Assembly (NCBI GenBank): GCA_019058015.1
Contig: JAHLWH010000183.1
Span: 1-41,811, forward strand
Reading direction: 5' to 3'
Length of the DNA stretch: 41,811 nt
DNA from: Promethearchaeota archaeon
Lineage (GTDB): Archaea; Asgardarchaeota; Lokiarchaeia; Sigyniarchaeales; SOKP01
The translations under genes and the position numbers were made by a program. The notes beneath the pieces were generated by a model that saw only the letters and a list, made by a program, of their open reading frames with translations, did no database searches and had not been told where the DNA came from. Shown piece after piece: positions 20,327 to 30,316 of this stretch (position 1 is the first letter of the stretch; every line of letters starts with the position of its first letter).

Positions 20327-21862
20327 TTAATAGGATACCTCCCTTAACCATTTTATTGGATTTCTATATAAATCTCTAATATCTTCCCGCCCATATTTTA
20401 ACATTACTAATCTTTCTAAACCTAACCCCCACGCCAAAACTCTTGTTGGATCTTTAATTCCCCACGGATAAGTGACTTCGGGCCTGAATATTCCTGAACC
20501 TCCCATTTCAAGCCATTCGCCTAATTTTTCATAATACACTGCAATTTCTAAACTAGGTTCAGTATAAGGGAAGAAACTAGGACGTGTGATTATTTTAGGA
20601 AAACCCATTTTTCGATAAAACTCTGTTAATAATCCTCTTAAATCACATAAAGTTACATTCTCATCAATTACAATTCCTTCAATTTGCATAAATTCAGCAA
20701 GATGAGAATGATCTAATCTTTCATTTCTGAAAACCTTATCAATTGAAAATACTTTTACTGGTGGTTTTTCTTTTTCTCGATAAAATTGAGCTAATCTTCT
20801 ACAAGTCGTTGCTGTTGTATGTGTTCTTAGAACTACTTTTTTTGCAATATCATAACTCCAATCATATCCCCATCCTATTGAGCCACAATCTCCTCCATTT
20901 TCATGTGTTGCTTTTACCGCTTCAACTCGCTCTTTTTCAGGCAATTTAGATTGTTTAGGGTTATTAAGATAAAAAGTATCTTGCATTTCTCTTGCTGGAT
21001 GATCTTGAGGTTGAAATAATGCATCAAAATTGAAAAATGCAGATTCTACTATAGGTCCTTTTATTTCAGTAAATCCCATTGAAAGAAAAATCTCTCTAAT
21101 TTCATTGATTATATTTATTAATGGGTGGATCTTTCCCGCATGCATTCTGGGACCTGAAATCGAAACATTAAAAGGTTTTAAATTAATATTTTTCCATTTT
21201 CCAGAAATAAGCATCTCCGAAGTAATCTTACTTACTTCTTTTAATATTTCGATTTTCCGAATATCTATTTTTTTACCTTCTGGAGTTAAGAAAATTAATC
21301 TTTGAGTCTTCTTTTCTCTCTGGATTAAATTTCTTTTATTTAGAATCTCAATTAATTCTGCTTCTTTCTTAGATAATTTACTTTTATCATAAAAAGGTTT
21401 TTTTTTAAATGTTTTAAGAAAAACTTCCAATTCTTTATTTGGGAAATCATCTGCAACCATAAACACTTTATTTTCACCTGTTGCTTTGCTAGTAGCAATC
21501 CATTTATTACGTCTTAAATTTTGAATCGCTCTATAAAAAGGTTTATCAGGTAATTCTGATTTGTCTTTTAATTCTGCTATAGATATTTCCTTAATTTTAT
21601 TTTTAACTAAGTAATTTATTAGTTGTCTACTTGGAAGTCCTTTTTTGAGATAATTAAGTCCTTCTTCAGTTAAATATAGATAATCGATATATTTCTCTTT
21701 AAAACCTCCCAAATTCTCCTTATCTAAATCATTTACGGCGGACATTAGAATAATATAGTCTAAATTGATCTCTTTTGCTAATTCTGATGCATCACATTCT
21801 ACATCTTTTTCTTGAAGTGTTTTTAAAATTTCTAAGACATTTTGTTTTAATTTAATTCCCAA
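20327..21862 (-). CDS. pheS: Phenylalanine--tRNA ligase alpha subunit (archaeal/eukaryotic type)
   Basis: NFDALFQPQDHPAREMQDTF, LRTHTT, FRNE, FPYTEPS, GSGIFRPE, WGLGLERL; TTG start. Confidence 0.96.
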   Translation of the reverse strand: MGIKLKQNVLEILKTLQEKDVECDASELAKEINLDYIILMSAVNDLDKENLGGFKEKYIDYLYLTEEGLNYLKKGLPSRQLINYLVKNKIKEISIAELKDKSELPDKPFYRAIQNLRRNKWIATSKATGENKVFMVADDFPNKELEVFLKTFKKKPFYDKSKLSKKEAELIEILNKRNLIQREKKTQRLIFLTPEGKKIDIRKIEILKEVSKITSEMLISGKWKNINLKPFNVSISGPRMHAGKIHPLINIINEIREIFLSMGFTEIKGPIVESAFFNFDALFQPQDHPAREMQDTFYLNNPKQSKLPEKERVEAVKATHENGGDCGSIGWGYDWSYDIAKKVVLRTHTTATTCRRLAQFYREKEKPPVKVFSIDKVFRNERLDHSHLAEFMQIEGIVIDENVTLCDLRGLLTEFYRKMGFPKIITRPSFFPYTEPSLEIAVYYEKLGEWLEMGGSGIFRPEVTYPWGIKDPTRVLAWGLGLERLVMLKYGREDIRDLYRNPIKWLREVSY

Positions 21863-22056
21863 TTACAAAACCTTATTTTAATTATTTTTTTTCCTATATT
21901 TTTTTTAAATCTTTGATTTATTTAAATCTTTTGGTGTATATCTCTAAAATATTCGACTAAAATGTTATAAACTTAAATTAGATTATAAAATCACCTCTTT
22001 ACGTTAAAATTTTTCATTAAAGAAAATTTTATCTAATAACTTTCATTTAAAAACTC

Positions 22057-22088
22057 CCAAGAGAACTTATCAAAATATGTCTCTTGGG
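22057..22088 (-). terminator. Stem-loop followed by a T-tract between coaD and pheS
   Basis: CCCAAGAGA-N14-TCTCTTGGG, followed by AGTTTTT on the minus strand. Confidence 0.5.
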
Positions 22089-22251
22089 CTAAATAAAGAA
22101 TAAAGAGGCTAGATTAAAAACTACTGCCGTTTCATCTATTGTTAAATAATTGTAACCCTTCTGAGTAATCTTTTTTCAACTATAAATTTCTTAATATTTT
22201 AAATCTAGCTAATTAAAAATTTAAAATAAGATATAATTTTTAAAATTACTT

Positions 22252-22692
22252 TTATTTAAGATTTTTTCTTATATCTGTAGAACTAATTTTTTTACCATTT
22301 TTGTCTTTGAGTAGTGATATGATTATAAATATTAGAGGTTTCATGCCCTTTTCTTCTCTAATCTCATTTATTTTAATTGCATTGGGAAGTGTCTCTAAAC
22401 TAAATACTAATGCTTCATAATCCTCATCTTCAATTGGAGGACCATAAGGATCATTCAATTCTATAATTTCAAGACGGCTTAATTCAGTGAACGATTGAAC
22501 AAAATTTTCAATATTTTGTTTTCTAGTTGAATAATCTTGAATTTCTTCTTTATATTGCTTCTTTTGATTCATTTTATCGGTGGTTAAACCAATTACCAGC
22601 TTTTCTGAAACTTTAAGAGCAGTACTTATTAAATATTTATGTCCTTCATGTAAATGATCGAAACAACCCCCCATCCCTGTTTTGGAAAACAT
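22252..22692 (-). CDS. coaD: Phosphopantetheine adenylyltransferase, archaeal/eukaryotic type
   Basis: GGCFDHLHEGH, GLTTD, DPYGP, INEIREEKGMKPL, ISSTDIR. Confidence 0.88.
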   Translation of the reverse strand: MFSKTGMGGCFDHLHEGHKYLISTALKVSEKLVIGLTTDKMNQKKQYKEEIQDYSTRKQNIENFVQSFTELSRLEIIELNDPYGPPIEDEDYEALVFSLETLPNAIKINEIREEKGMKPLIFIIISLLKDKNGKKISSTDIRKNLK

Positions 22693-22704
22693 ACTTTTTC
22701 AAAA

Positions 22705-23088
22705 CTAAGATTTTTCATTTTTTAATTTTACTGAGTAAATATCATTGATTTTCATTGAGCCATCACATTTTGAGCATTTTCCCGCTACTTTATAAACAAA
22801 ATCCCCTTCTTTATAATCTTGAACTTTTGTGTAATCACAAAGATCACATCGAAGTACACATAGAGTTTGAGTTAACGGTTCTTTGGGCCTTTTCTTTATA
22901 TTTAGAAAAAAAGATGCTATACACATTATAGAAACACCTACCCAGAATAAATAAGTCACCCCAAGGACATTTCCAAGGGCAAGTATTATTACTCCTATGA
23001 TTATAAGAATAAATGTTAAAATGCTCTTTATAATTGATTTTTTACTTTTTTTCTTGTTTAAAAAATCTTCATCTTCTTCTTCAATCAA
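22705..23088 (-). CDS. Two-TM membrane protein with C-terminal zinc ribbon
   Basis: Two hydrophobic helices, then CDLC...EGDFV...CSKC. Confidence 0.75.
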   Translation of the reverse strand: MIEEEDEDFLNKKKSKKSIIKSILTFILIIIGVIILALGNVLGVTYLFWVGVSIMCIASFFLNIKKRPKEPLTQTLCVLRCDLCDYTKVQDYKEGDFVYKVAGKCSKCDGSMKINDIYSVKLKNEKS

Positions 23089-23276
23089 TGAGTTCCACTT
23101 ATGTTCTAAATAAATTAATTAAAAAATCAAATTTTATTTACTAAATTATAATTAATAATGAAAAAAAATAAATCTTTAGATTATTTCTTTTAAAATTAAA
23201 TGAAATATCAAAGTTTTTATTTTCGGTTTTTTTTAAAAATATAAATCTTTAGAGATATAATAAAGTTTTAAATATT

Positions 23277-24419
23277 ATGATTTACCAGTTTGGCCAAACT
23301 CAAGGAACTGATCCGATTTCACTACTATTAAGTATATTCTTTTATGTTATATTCATTGTTTTTATGTTTTATGGAACCAAAATTCAGGCGTGGCGTGCCT
23401 CAAAGGAAATCGCTGTAGCTTTAGTTGATCTAAAAGCGTGGAATAATGAGGGAAAGAATCATTTTATAAAAAAGGTGCAAAAATATAAAGACAAAAATTT
23501 ATCTTCTAAAGATTTAAAAGTAAAAATTGACGATGTTATGACATTTGTAACGATCTCGCCGACCAGTTTGGATCCAGCTGGAATTATACCAAAATTGGAT
23601 CATTTAATAAATGTGAGAGATGACCGATTTGAAGAAGAAATCAAGATAATAGCCCCTAATGCCGACTCTGTGACCGCTAGTAATCTTGAGAATCTCTTAG
23701 AGGCATCAATGGCTTTGGATTTCATTTATCGTCTTATTAGGCATTATTTGATCTTAGGAAAAAAAAGTAAAAGTATGTTGTTATTGATGCAGATTCAAAT
23801 GCAATTATCATTAATTATGACAATGGCCAAGTCTTATTTACATGCTACTAGAGCATTTAAGGAAGGTAGTCCCATCGGGGATGCGCTGGGACCATTAGTT
23901 GTGGCTAGTTTAATTCGAGATATTTCAAATAGAGATAATGTTGAAGCTATTGAGATAGCTAAGGATACAATCTATCAACAAGTAGAGTTTGAGGATAGAA
24001 CAATTTTTTTAGTAAGGGCTAAAGGCCCAGGTGGAACTGTCGGAAAACCCGGAGAAGCCATTAAAATATTAGTAGAAAAGCATAAAAACGAGATATCAAG
24101 GATTATTATGATTGATGCAGGTCTAAAATTAGAAGGTGATCGAACGGGTTCGGTTGCAATTGGAGTAGGCGCAGCAATCGGTGGGATTGGAGTTGAAAAA
24201 TTTAAAATCGAAGAATCTACTTCCGGAGTGAAAATACCTATTGATGCTGTAATTTGTAGAGAAAGCTTAGAGGACGCAATAACAACAATGAAACGACCGA
24301 TTACCCATTCTGTTCCCAAAATAGTTGAGAAAATTAAGCAAGCCATCAGAACAAGAACAGAAAAAGGCACAAAAATAATTATTGCAGGAATTGGAAATAC
24401 AATTGGTATAGGAATTTAA
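23277..24419 (+). CDS. DUF1512-family archaeal membrane-anchored protein
   Basis: N-terminal TM, LDPAGI, PIGDALGPLV, AKGPGGTVGKPG, IDAGLKLEG, GVGAAIGG, GIGNTIGIG. Confidence 0.85.
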   Translation: MIYQFGQTQGTDPISLLLSIFFYVIFIVFMFYGTKIQAWRASKEIAVALVDLKAWNNEGKNHFIKKVQKYKDKNLSSKDLKVKIDDVMTFVTISPTSLDPAGIIPKLDHLINVRDDRFEEEIKIIAPNADSVTASNLENLLEASMALDFIYRLIRHYLILGKKSKSMLLLMQIQMQLSLIMTMAKSYLHATRAFKEGSPIGDALGPLVVASLIRDISNRDNVEAIEIAKDTIYQQVEFEDRTIFLVRAKGPGGTVGKPGEAIKILVEKHKNEISRIIMIDAGLKLEGDRTGSVAIGVGAAIGGIGVEKFKIEESTSGVKIPIDAVICRESLEDAITTMKRPITHSVPKIVEKIKQAIRTRTEKGTKIIIAGIGNTIGIGI

Positions 24420-24457
24420 AGGAAAAAAAAAATTATAAAATAAGAGATTTTTTAATT

Positions 24458-24862
24458 TTAATAGAGCTGTGTATCTGTAGCAACAACGCTATTTACCATT
24501 TCTTGGGCAGCTTTAGTTGCACGCATTACTTTTGCCATATTACCAACTAGTTTAAATTTCCCAGCCATTAATCCTTGGATCGGGTCAATTTTTTTAGTTA
24601 AAAGTAAAACCCAATTATCCCAGTTACCTGACCATATGAATTCAGCTTTTGGCTCTTCTACAGATTCTAAAACTCTCCCACTACGACATTTTCCATGCCA
24701 AAGATCAACATATAACTTTATCTCATGATCGAGATTTCCAGCGGGCTCAGCTATGAAGACGAAATCACCTTCCCACCAACTAGCTGCCTCTTCGTATGCT
24801 TTATTATCATTTAAATTCTTAATATATGCATCTACCCATTCTTTAGTTCCAAATAAAGGCAT
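24458..24862 (-). CDS. SCP2 sterol/lipid-binding domain protein
   Basis: FGTKEW, WHGKC, DPIQGLMAGKFKLVGNM. Confidence 0.85.
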   Translation of the reverse strand: MPLFGTKEWVDAYIKNLNDNKAYEEAASWWEGDFVFIAEPAGNLDHEIKLYVDLWHGKCRSGRVLESVEEPKAEFIWSGNWDNWVLLLTKKIDPIQGLMAGKFKLVGNMAKVMRATKAAQEMVNSVVATDTQLY

Positions 24863-25117
24863 TTTATTTACTCATCTAATTTTTTTTAATTAATATGTTA
24901 AATATTAATAATAAAAAAAGTATTTTGTCTTTTAAATTTTAAAAAATATTTATCTTAAAACAATATTAAAAAATAGAACTAGAAATTACATGTTATAATC
25001 TTTAATTAAATTTTTTCTTTAATCTCATAATAGATTAAAAAAAAATATTAAGATTGTTTTATTACAATTATATGATTAAGAGAAAATATCAATTTTAATT
25101 ATGGATTTGTTTTAACA

Positions 25118-27814
25118 ATGGTGACCTCTAATAAAAAAAAACAAATATATACTTTTAAAGAAGGTTCTAAAGATTTAAAGCTTCTTTTAGGAGGGAAAGG
25201 AGCAAACCTCGCTGAAATGACTAACTTAGGATTAAATATCCCTCCAGGCTTCACAATCTCAACTGAAGCGTGTTTAGAATATTTTGAGAATCCAAAAATT
25301 ATTGATGATCTACGAGATGGTATTTTAAAAAACATTAAATTGTTAGAAGAACAAACAGGAAAGAGTTTTGGAAGTAATAAAAATCCTTTATTGCTAAGTA
25401 TAAGGAGCGGTGCGCCTATGTCGATGCCGGGTATGATGGATACTGTGTTAAATCTTGGATTAAATGATAATTCTGTGCTAGGTCTTGCAGCTACTACAGA
25501 TACCCAGAGATTTGCTTATGATTCTTACAGGAGATTTATACAAATGTTTGGAGATGTTGTTATGGGAATTCATGCTGATAAATTTGAAAGAATTTTAGAG
25601 GGTTATAAAAGAAGAATAGGAAGACACGCACAAGATACTGACCTCACTGTAGTTGATCTTCAAAAACTTATTAATGATTATAAACAACTTTATAAAACTG
25701 AAATTGAGAAAGATTTTCCTCAAGTCCCTAAAGATCAGTTGTTTCTATCAATAGAAGCAGTATTTAAATCTTGGAATAATAAACGTGCAATTACATACAG
25801 AAGAATTAATGATATACCGAATTATGGAACAGCTGTTAATATACAAGTGATGGTTTTTGGAAATAAAGGTATTAATTCAGCTACTGGAGTAGCATTTTCA
25901 AGGGATCCAGGAAATGGTGAAGACCATAAATTTGGAGAGTATTTAACTAATGCACAGGGAGAAGATGTTGTCGCAGGAATAAGAACTCCCAAAAAATTGG
26001 AAAATATGAAAGAAGAATTTCCTGAGATATATAAAAATCTGATTAAAACGATGGAGAATCTTGAAAAGCATTATAGAGATATGCAAGATATCGAATTTAC
26101 TATTGAAGATAAAATTTTATTCATTCTACAAACAAGAACTGGAAAAAGAACACCACTTGCAGCTGTAAAAATCGCAGTTGATCTATTCAAAGAAGGACTG
26201 ATCTCAAAAGAAGAAGCAATAGGGAGAATCGATCCAAAAGGTTTATCAAATTTACTCTTTAAAAGTATTGATGAAAATTCTTATTTTCATGTCTTGGCAC
26301 ATGGTATTGCTGCATCACCTGGAGCTGTATTCGGATTGGCAATTTTTGATGCAGATACTGCAGAAAGATTAGTAAATGAAAGCGATAAAGATGTTATTTT
26401 GGTAAGACCTCAAACCAAACCTGAGGATATTCATGGTCTTTATGCATCAAAAGGTGTTTTAACTCAGTTTGGTGGTAAAACGTCTCATGCTGCTGTTGTG
26501 GCTCGTGGAATGGGAAAACCTGCCATTGTAGGTGCTTCTGAAGTCCATATTGATGTTGAAAATCGAGAATTTACTGTTGGAGATGTTGTTATTAGAGAAG
26601 GTGAAGTGATTACAATTGATGGTACAAAAGGATTAGTGATAGCAGGAAAAGTTCCTTTAGTGGAACCAGAGATTAGGGGAGAATTTAAAGAAATATTAGA
26701 AATGGCAAATGAAATAAAATTTCTTGGTGTTAAAGCAAATGCAGATACTCCTACTGACGCTCAAAAAGCTATAGAATTTGGTGCGGAGGGAATTGGTCTC
26801 TGTCGTACAGAACATATGTTTATGGCACAAGATAGATTACCTGTAGTCCAAAAGATGATTTTAGCTAGAAACCAAGAAGATAGACAAGATGCATTAAATA
26901 AATTACTTCCAATGCAAAGATCTGATTTCTATGAAATTTTTAAAGTTATGGAAGGAAAACCTGTTACGATAAGATTACTTGATCCACCATTACATGAATT
27001 TCTTCCAGATTTAAATGAAATTCTACTAGAAAATATGACTTTTAAGATTACAAATAATTTAACACGTCAATTACTCAACCTCACTCCATTAGATGAGGAA
27101 ATTACAGAAAGAAATAAAATGGTTTCCTTAATTCGTTCAATTTCTGAATCAAATCCAATGATGGGTTTGAGAGGTTGTCGTTTAGGAATTACTTGGCCAG
27201 AAATTAATGAGATGCAAGTTAAAGCAATATTTCAAGCGGCATGCCAATTAAAAAAAGAAGGGATTGATGTTAAACCTGAAATCATGATTCCGTTAGTAGG
27301 AGTTGTAGAAGAGTTGCTTGAGGTTAAAACTCAGCTTCAAAAAGTGGCTGAAGAAATTTTAAAGGAAAATAAAAGTGATCTTAAATATAAATTTGGAACA
27401 ATGATTGAGGTTCCTCGAGCTGCATTAGTTGCCGGAGAGATTGCTCAACATGCTGATTTCTTTTCATTTGGAACAAATGATCTCACTCAAATGACGTTTG
27501 GCTATTCTCGTGATGATGCCGAAGGAAAATTCATACCGGTCTATTTAAGCAAGGGAATACTAAAAAAGAATCCATTTGAAGAATTAGATAAAGATGGTGT
27601 AGGTAAATTGTTAAAAATGGCAGTAAAAGATGGGAAAACAACAAATCCTGATTTAGAATGCGGAATCTGTGGAGAACATGGTGGAGAACCATCATCTATC
27701 GAATTTTTTCATGAAATTGGGTTAGATTATGTCTCTTGTTCCCCTTATAGAATTCCTATTGCACGTGTTGCAGCAGCACAAGCACAATTAAAATTTCGAA
27801 TGAAAAAATCTTAG
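25118..27814 (+). CDS. ppdK: Pyruvate, phosphate dikinase
   Basis: LGGKGANLAEM, SMPGMMDT, QGEDVVAG, GGKTSHAAVVARG, GIGLCRTEHMF, SFGTNDLTQ, CGEHGG. Confidence 0.98.
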   Translation: MVTSNKKKQIYTFKEGSKDLKLLLGGKGANLAEMTNLGLNIPPGFTISTEACLEYFENPKIIDDLRDGILKNIKLLEEQTGKSFGSNKNPLLLSIRSGAPMSMPGMMDTVLNLGLNDNSVLGLAATTDTQRFAYDSYRRFIQMFGDVVMGIHADKFERILEGYKRRIGRHAQDTDLTVVDLQKLINDYKQLYKTEIEKDFPQVPKDQLFLSIEAVFKSWNNKRAITYRRINDIPNYGTAVNIQVMVFGNKGINSATGVAFSRDPGNGEDHKFGEYLTNAQGEDVVAGIRTPKKLENMKEEFPEIYKNLIKTMENLEKHYRDMQDIEFTIEDKILFILQTRTGKRTPLAAVKIAVDLFKEGLISKEEAIGRIDPKGLSNLLFKSIDENSYFHVLAHGIAASPGAVFGLAIFDADTAERLVNESDKDVILVRPQTKPEDIHGLYASKGVLTQFGGKTSHAAVVARGMGKPAIVGASEVHIDVENREFTVGDVVIREGEVITIDGTKGLVIAGKVPLVEPEIRGEFKEILEMANEIKFLGVKANADTPTDAQKAIEFGAEGIGLCRTEHMFMAQDRLPVVQKMILARNQEDRQDALNKLLPMQRSDFYEIFKVMEGKPVTIRLLDPPLHEFLPDLNEILLENMTFKITNNLTRQLLNLTPLDEEITERNKMVSLIRSISESNPMMGLRGCRLGITWPEINEMQVKAIFQAACQLKKEGIDVKPEIMIPLVGVVEELLEVKTQLQKVAEEILKENKSDLKYKFGTMIEVPRAALVAGEIAQHADFFSFGTNDLTQMTFGYSRDDAEGKFIPVYLSKGILKKNPFEELDKDGVGKLLKMAVKDGKTTNPDLECGICGEHGGEPSSIEFFHEIGLDYVSCSPYRIPIARVAAAQAQLKFRMKKS

Positions 27815-27871
27815 AAATTTTACAATTTTCCTATTAAATATCTAATTTTTATTGATACTAGTGAAACTTTT

Positions 27872-28492
27872 TTGATTGATATCCTAGTAATTGGAGATAC
27901 TCACATTCCTAAAAGAGCTATGGGTTTATCTCCATTATTAATAAAAGAACTTAACACCCTATCTGCGAAAAAACTTTTTGATTTTGTAATCTTTACTGGA
28001 GATGTAGTTAAATCACCAGAAACTATAAGATTTTTTATAAATCTAGCCAAAAAAAAATTCTTGATAGTTCAAGGCAACATAGACTATTATTATGGAAATA
28101 TTGAAGCTCCTTTATATGATTCTTTATCTATTACATTAAAAAACAACTCTTATTTAAACATAGGAATAACACATGGAGCAGAAATTCATCCGCGCGGAGA
28201 TAAGGATGAATCGATAAAAATTGCTAAAGAAAATGAAGTTAACCTTCTAATTTTTGCACATACACATCTTGCAGAAATCTTTCTTTCTTCAGATGGTATT
28301 CTATTACTTAATCCTGGGAGCTTTACGGGTGCTTGGAGTTTCGTAGCGTCTAGAACTCCATCCTTTATAATTATTAAAGTAGATATTGAAGAAAATGAAA
28401 TTAAGGTTATTCTATATGAACTAAAAAATGATCGAATAATTAAGACGATTGAGAGTTTTTATTTTAAAAATCAACAATTTTTAAAATCTTAA
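27872..28492 (+). CDS. Metallophosphoesterase, Vps29/MJ0936 family
   Basis: GDTHIP, TGD, GNID, THG, AHTH, NPGSFTGA, PSF. Confidence 0.85.
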   Translation: MIDILVIGDTHIPKRAMGLSPLLIKELNTLSAKKLFDFVIFTGDVVKSPETIRFFINLAKKKFLIVQGNIDYYYGNIEAPLYDSLSITLKNNSYLNIGITHGAEIHPRGDKDESIKIAKENEVNLLIFAHTHLAEIFLSSDGILLLNPGSFTGAWSFVASRTPSFIIIKVDIEENEIKVILYELKNDRIIKTIESFYFKNQQFLKS

Positions 28493-28539
28493 ATATTTAT
28501 CAGTTTTTTTGACAGAATTGAAGATAAAAGAAAAAAAAA

Positions 28540-28956
28540 TCATTTTTCTGCAGGGATTTTATCTAAAACTAATATTTTCGAAATTTTTAATAATTTTCCA
28601 AGATTTCTGCCACCTTTCTTAATTCCTAGCTTCCGTTTACCGAATCTATTTTTTTTAATCACCATATGCACAGTTGAATTAGTCCCATTTGAAAAATACA
28701 GTAAATCTCCAGGATCTGACATTAATTCTAAGTCAAAATTTTCTAATCTACCTCTATCTATTTTATAATTTCCGTCTTTTGCAGTTAAATTTAACCAAAA
28801 ATAATAATCTTCCTCAACTTGAAGCCCTAAATTAACAACTCCCTCAAAAGAATTAAGTAATTTAAAATTTTTCGGATTTTTTCTTTTATCTTCTATTATT
28901 GCGTTGATAACTCCACTAAATGTTATAAATAAATTTTTTTTATCAGATTCTTCCAT
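28540..28956 (-). CDS. Hypothetical protein, possibly a divergent SCP2-like fold
   Basis: Helix, beta strands, 'GRLENFDLELMSDPGDLLYFSNG' pattern reminiscent of SCP2; divergent from the ADH gene. Confidence 0.5.
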   Translation of the reverse strand: MEESDKKNLFITFSGVINAIIEDKRKNPKNFKLLNSFEGVVNLGLQVEEDYYFWLNLTAKDGNYKIDRGRLENFDLELMSDPGDLLYFSNGTNSTVHMVIKKNRFGKRKLGIKKGGRNLGKLLKISKILVLDKIPAEK

Positions 28957-29094
28957 TTTTTTTTAACCTTAAATTTCTACATATCTTAGATTTTTCTAAT
29001 TTTAATATAAAATCTATTAATCCTTAATTATCATAAATAATTAAATATTATTTGTTTTAAAATTAAATAAAATAAATTAAGAGGTAAAATAAAA

Positions 29095-30294
29095 ATGTGG
29101 TATTTTTTCAGTCCAAATATTGTCTACGGAGAAGACGCTCTTGATTTCTTAGAAAAGATCCCTGGAAACAAATGTTTTATTGTAACTGATGAAGGTCTTA
29201 TTAAGCTAGGGTATTTAGATATATTAACTGAAAAACTAACGAAATTTGGAAAGGAATTTAAAGTATTTAGCGAAGTAGAATCAGATCCTCATGAAGAAAC
29301 TGTTTTAAAAGCGAGAGAACATTGTATCTTTTACAAACCAGACATTATAATTGGATTTGGAGGTGGTTCTCCAATGGATACTGCAAAAGCTGTTAGAGCT
29401 TTATATGAATTTCAAAATATGGTTGTTGATGATCTGCATCCATTTAACGATGAGTTATTTAAATTAGGTCAAAAAACAAAGATGGTTGCAATTCCGACAA
29501 CTAGTGGAACTGGTGCAGAAACTACATGGGCTGTGGTTATTAATCGTTTTGAAGATAACTATTGGAGAAAATTGGAACAAGCTCATAAGGCATTTGCTCC
29601 CGATATCGCTATTGTAGATCCAATATTTACGGTTGGAATGCCCCCAAAATTAACTGCAGGAACTGGTTTTGACGCAGTTGCTCATTCAATTGAAGGATTA
29701 TTTTCTGTATGGCGTAATGATTTCAGTGACGCAATGAGTTATAAAGCATTAGAACTTATTTTTGAATATCTTCCTAAAGCATATAAAAATCCAAATGATA
29801 TGGAAGCAAGAGATAAAATGCATCAAGCAGCTACTATGGCAGGCTTAGCATTTGGAAATTCGCAAGCCAATCTAGGTCATAGCATGGGTCATGCATTGGG
29901 TGCAGTATTTCATACTCATCATGGTATAGCAGTTGGACTTTTCTTACCTTATATTATGCAATATTGTATAAATGACCCAGATGAAAATGATAAAACAGTT
30001 GCAATCTTAGCAAAAAATGCTAAATTATTGAACTTTACGAAATGGGATATCAATGATAAAGAAGCTGCAAATATTCTTGTCAAGAAAGTTAAAGAATTAC
30101 AGAAATTAGTTGATTTTCCTCAATCTTTAAAAGAATTAAATATTCCAAAAGAAGATTTTGATAAAAACTTAGATCATCTTGTAAGTTTATGTTTTCAGTC
30201 AAGTAGTTCTGTAATGTCTCCTAGATCAGCAGGTGGAGAAGCATTTCGAAAATTATATACATATGCTTATGAAGGTAAAGATATTGATTTTTAA
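29095..30294 (+). CDS. Iron-containing alcohol dehydrogenase
   Basis: GGGSPMDTAK, PTTSGTGAE, DAVAHSIEG, HSMGH, HG; GAGGT ribosome-binding site. Confidence 0.93.
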   Translation: MWYFFSPNIVYGEDALDFLEKIPGNKCFIVTDEGLIKLGYLDILTEKLTKFGKEFKVFSEVESDPHEETVLKAREHCIFYKPDIIIGFGGGSPMDTAKAVRALYEFQNMVVDDLHPFNDELFKLGQKTKMVAIPTTSGTGAETTWAVVINRFEDNYWRKLEQAHKAFAPDIAIVDPIFTVGMPPKLTAGTGFDAVAHSIEGLFSVWRNDFSDAMSYKALELIFEYLPKAYKNPNDMEARDKMHQAATMAGLAFGNSQANLGHSMGHALGAVFHTHHGIAVGLFLPYIMQYCINDPDENDKTVAILAKNAKLLNFTKWDINDKEAANILVKKVKELQKLVDFPQSLKELNIPKEDFDKNLDHLVSLCFQSSSSVMSPRSAGGEAFRKLYTYAYEGKDIDF

Positions 30295-30316
30295 TTAAAT
30301 ATTTGGGTGTATTAAA

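Noticed and set aside
20313-20351. Longer pheT start overlapping pheS
   Set aside because: The family begins MPT, and AGGAGG sits just before the ATG at 20312.
22057-22088. SECIS element
   Set aside because: No convincing AUGA/GA core with an apical AA, and no gene nearby with an in-frame TGA at a Cys position.
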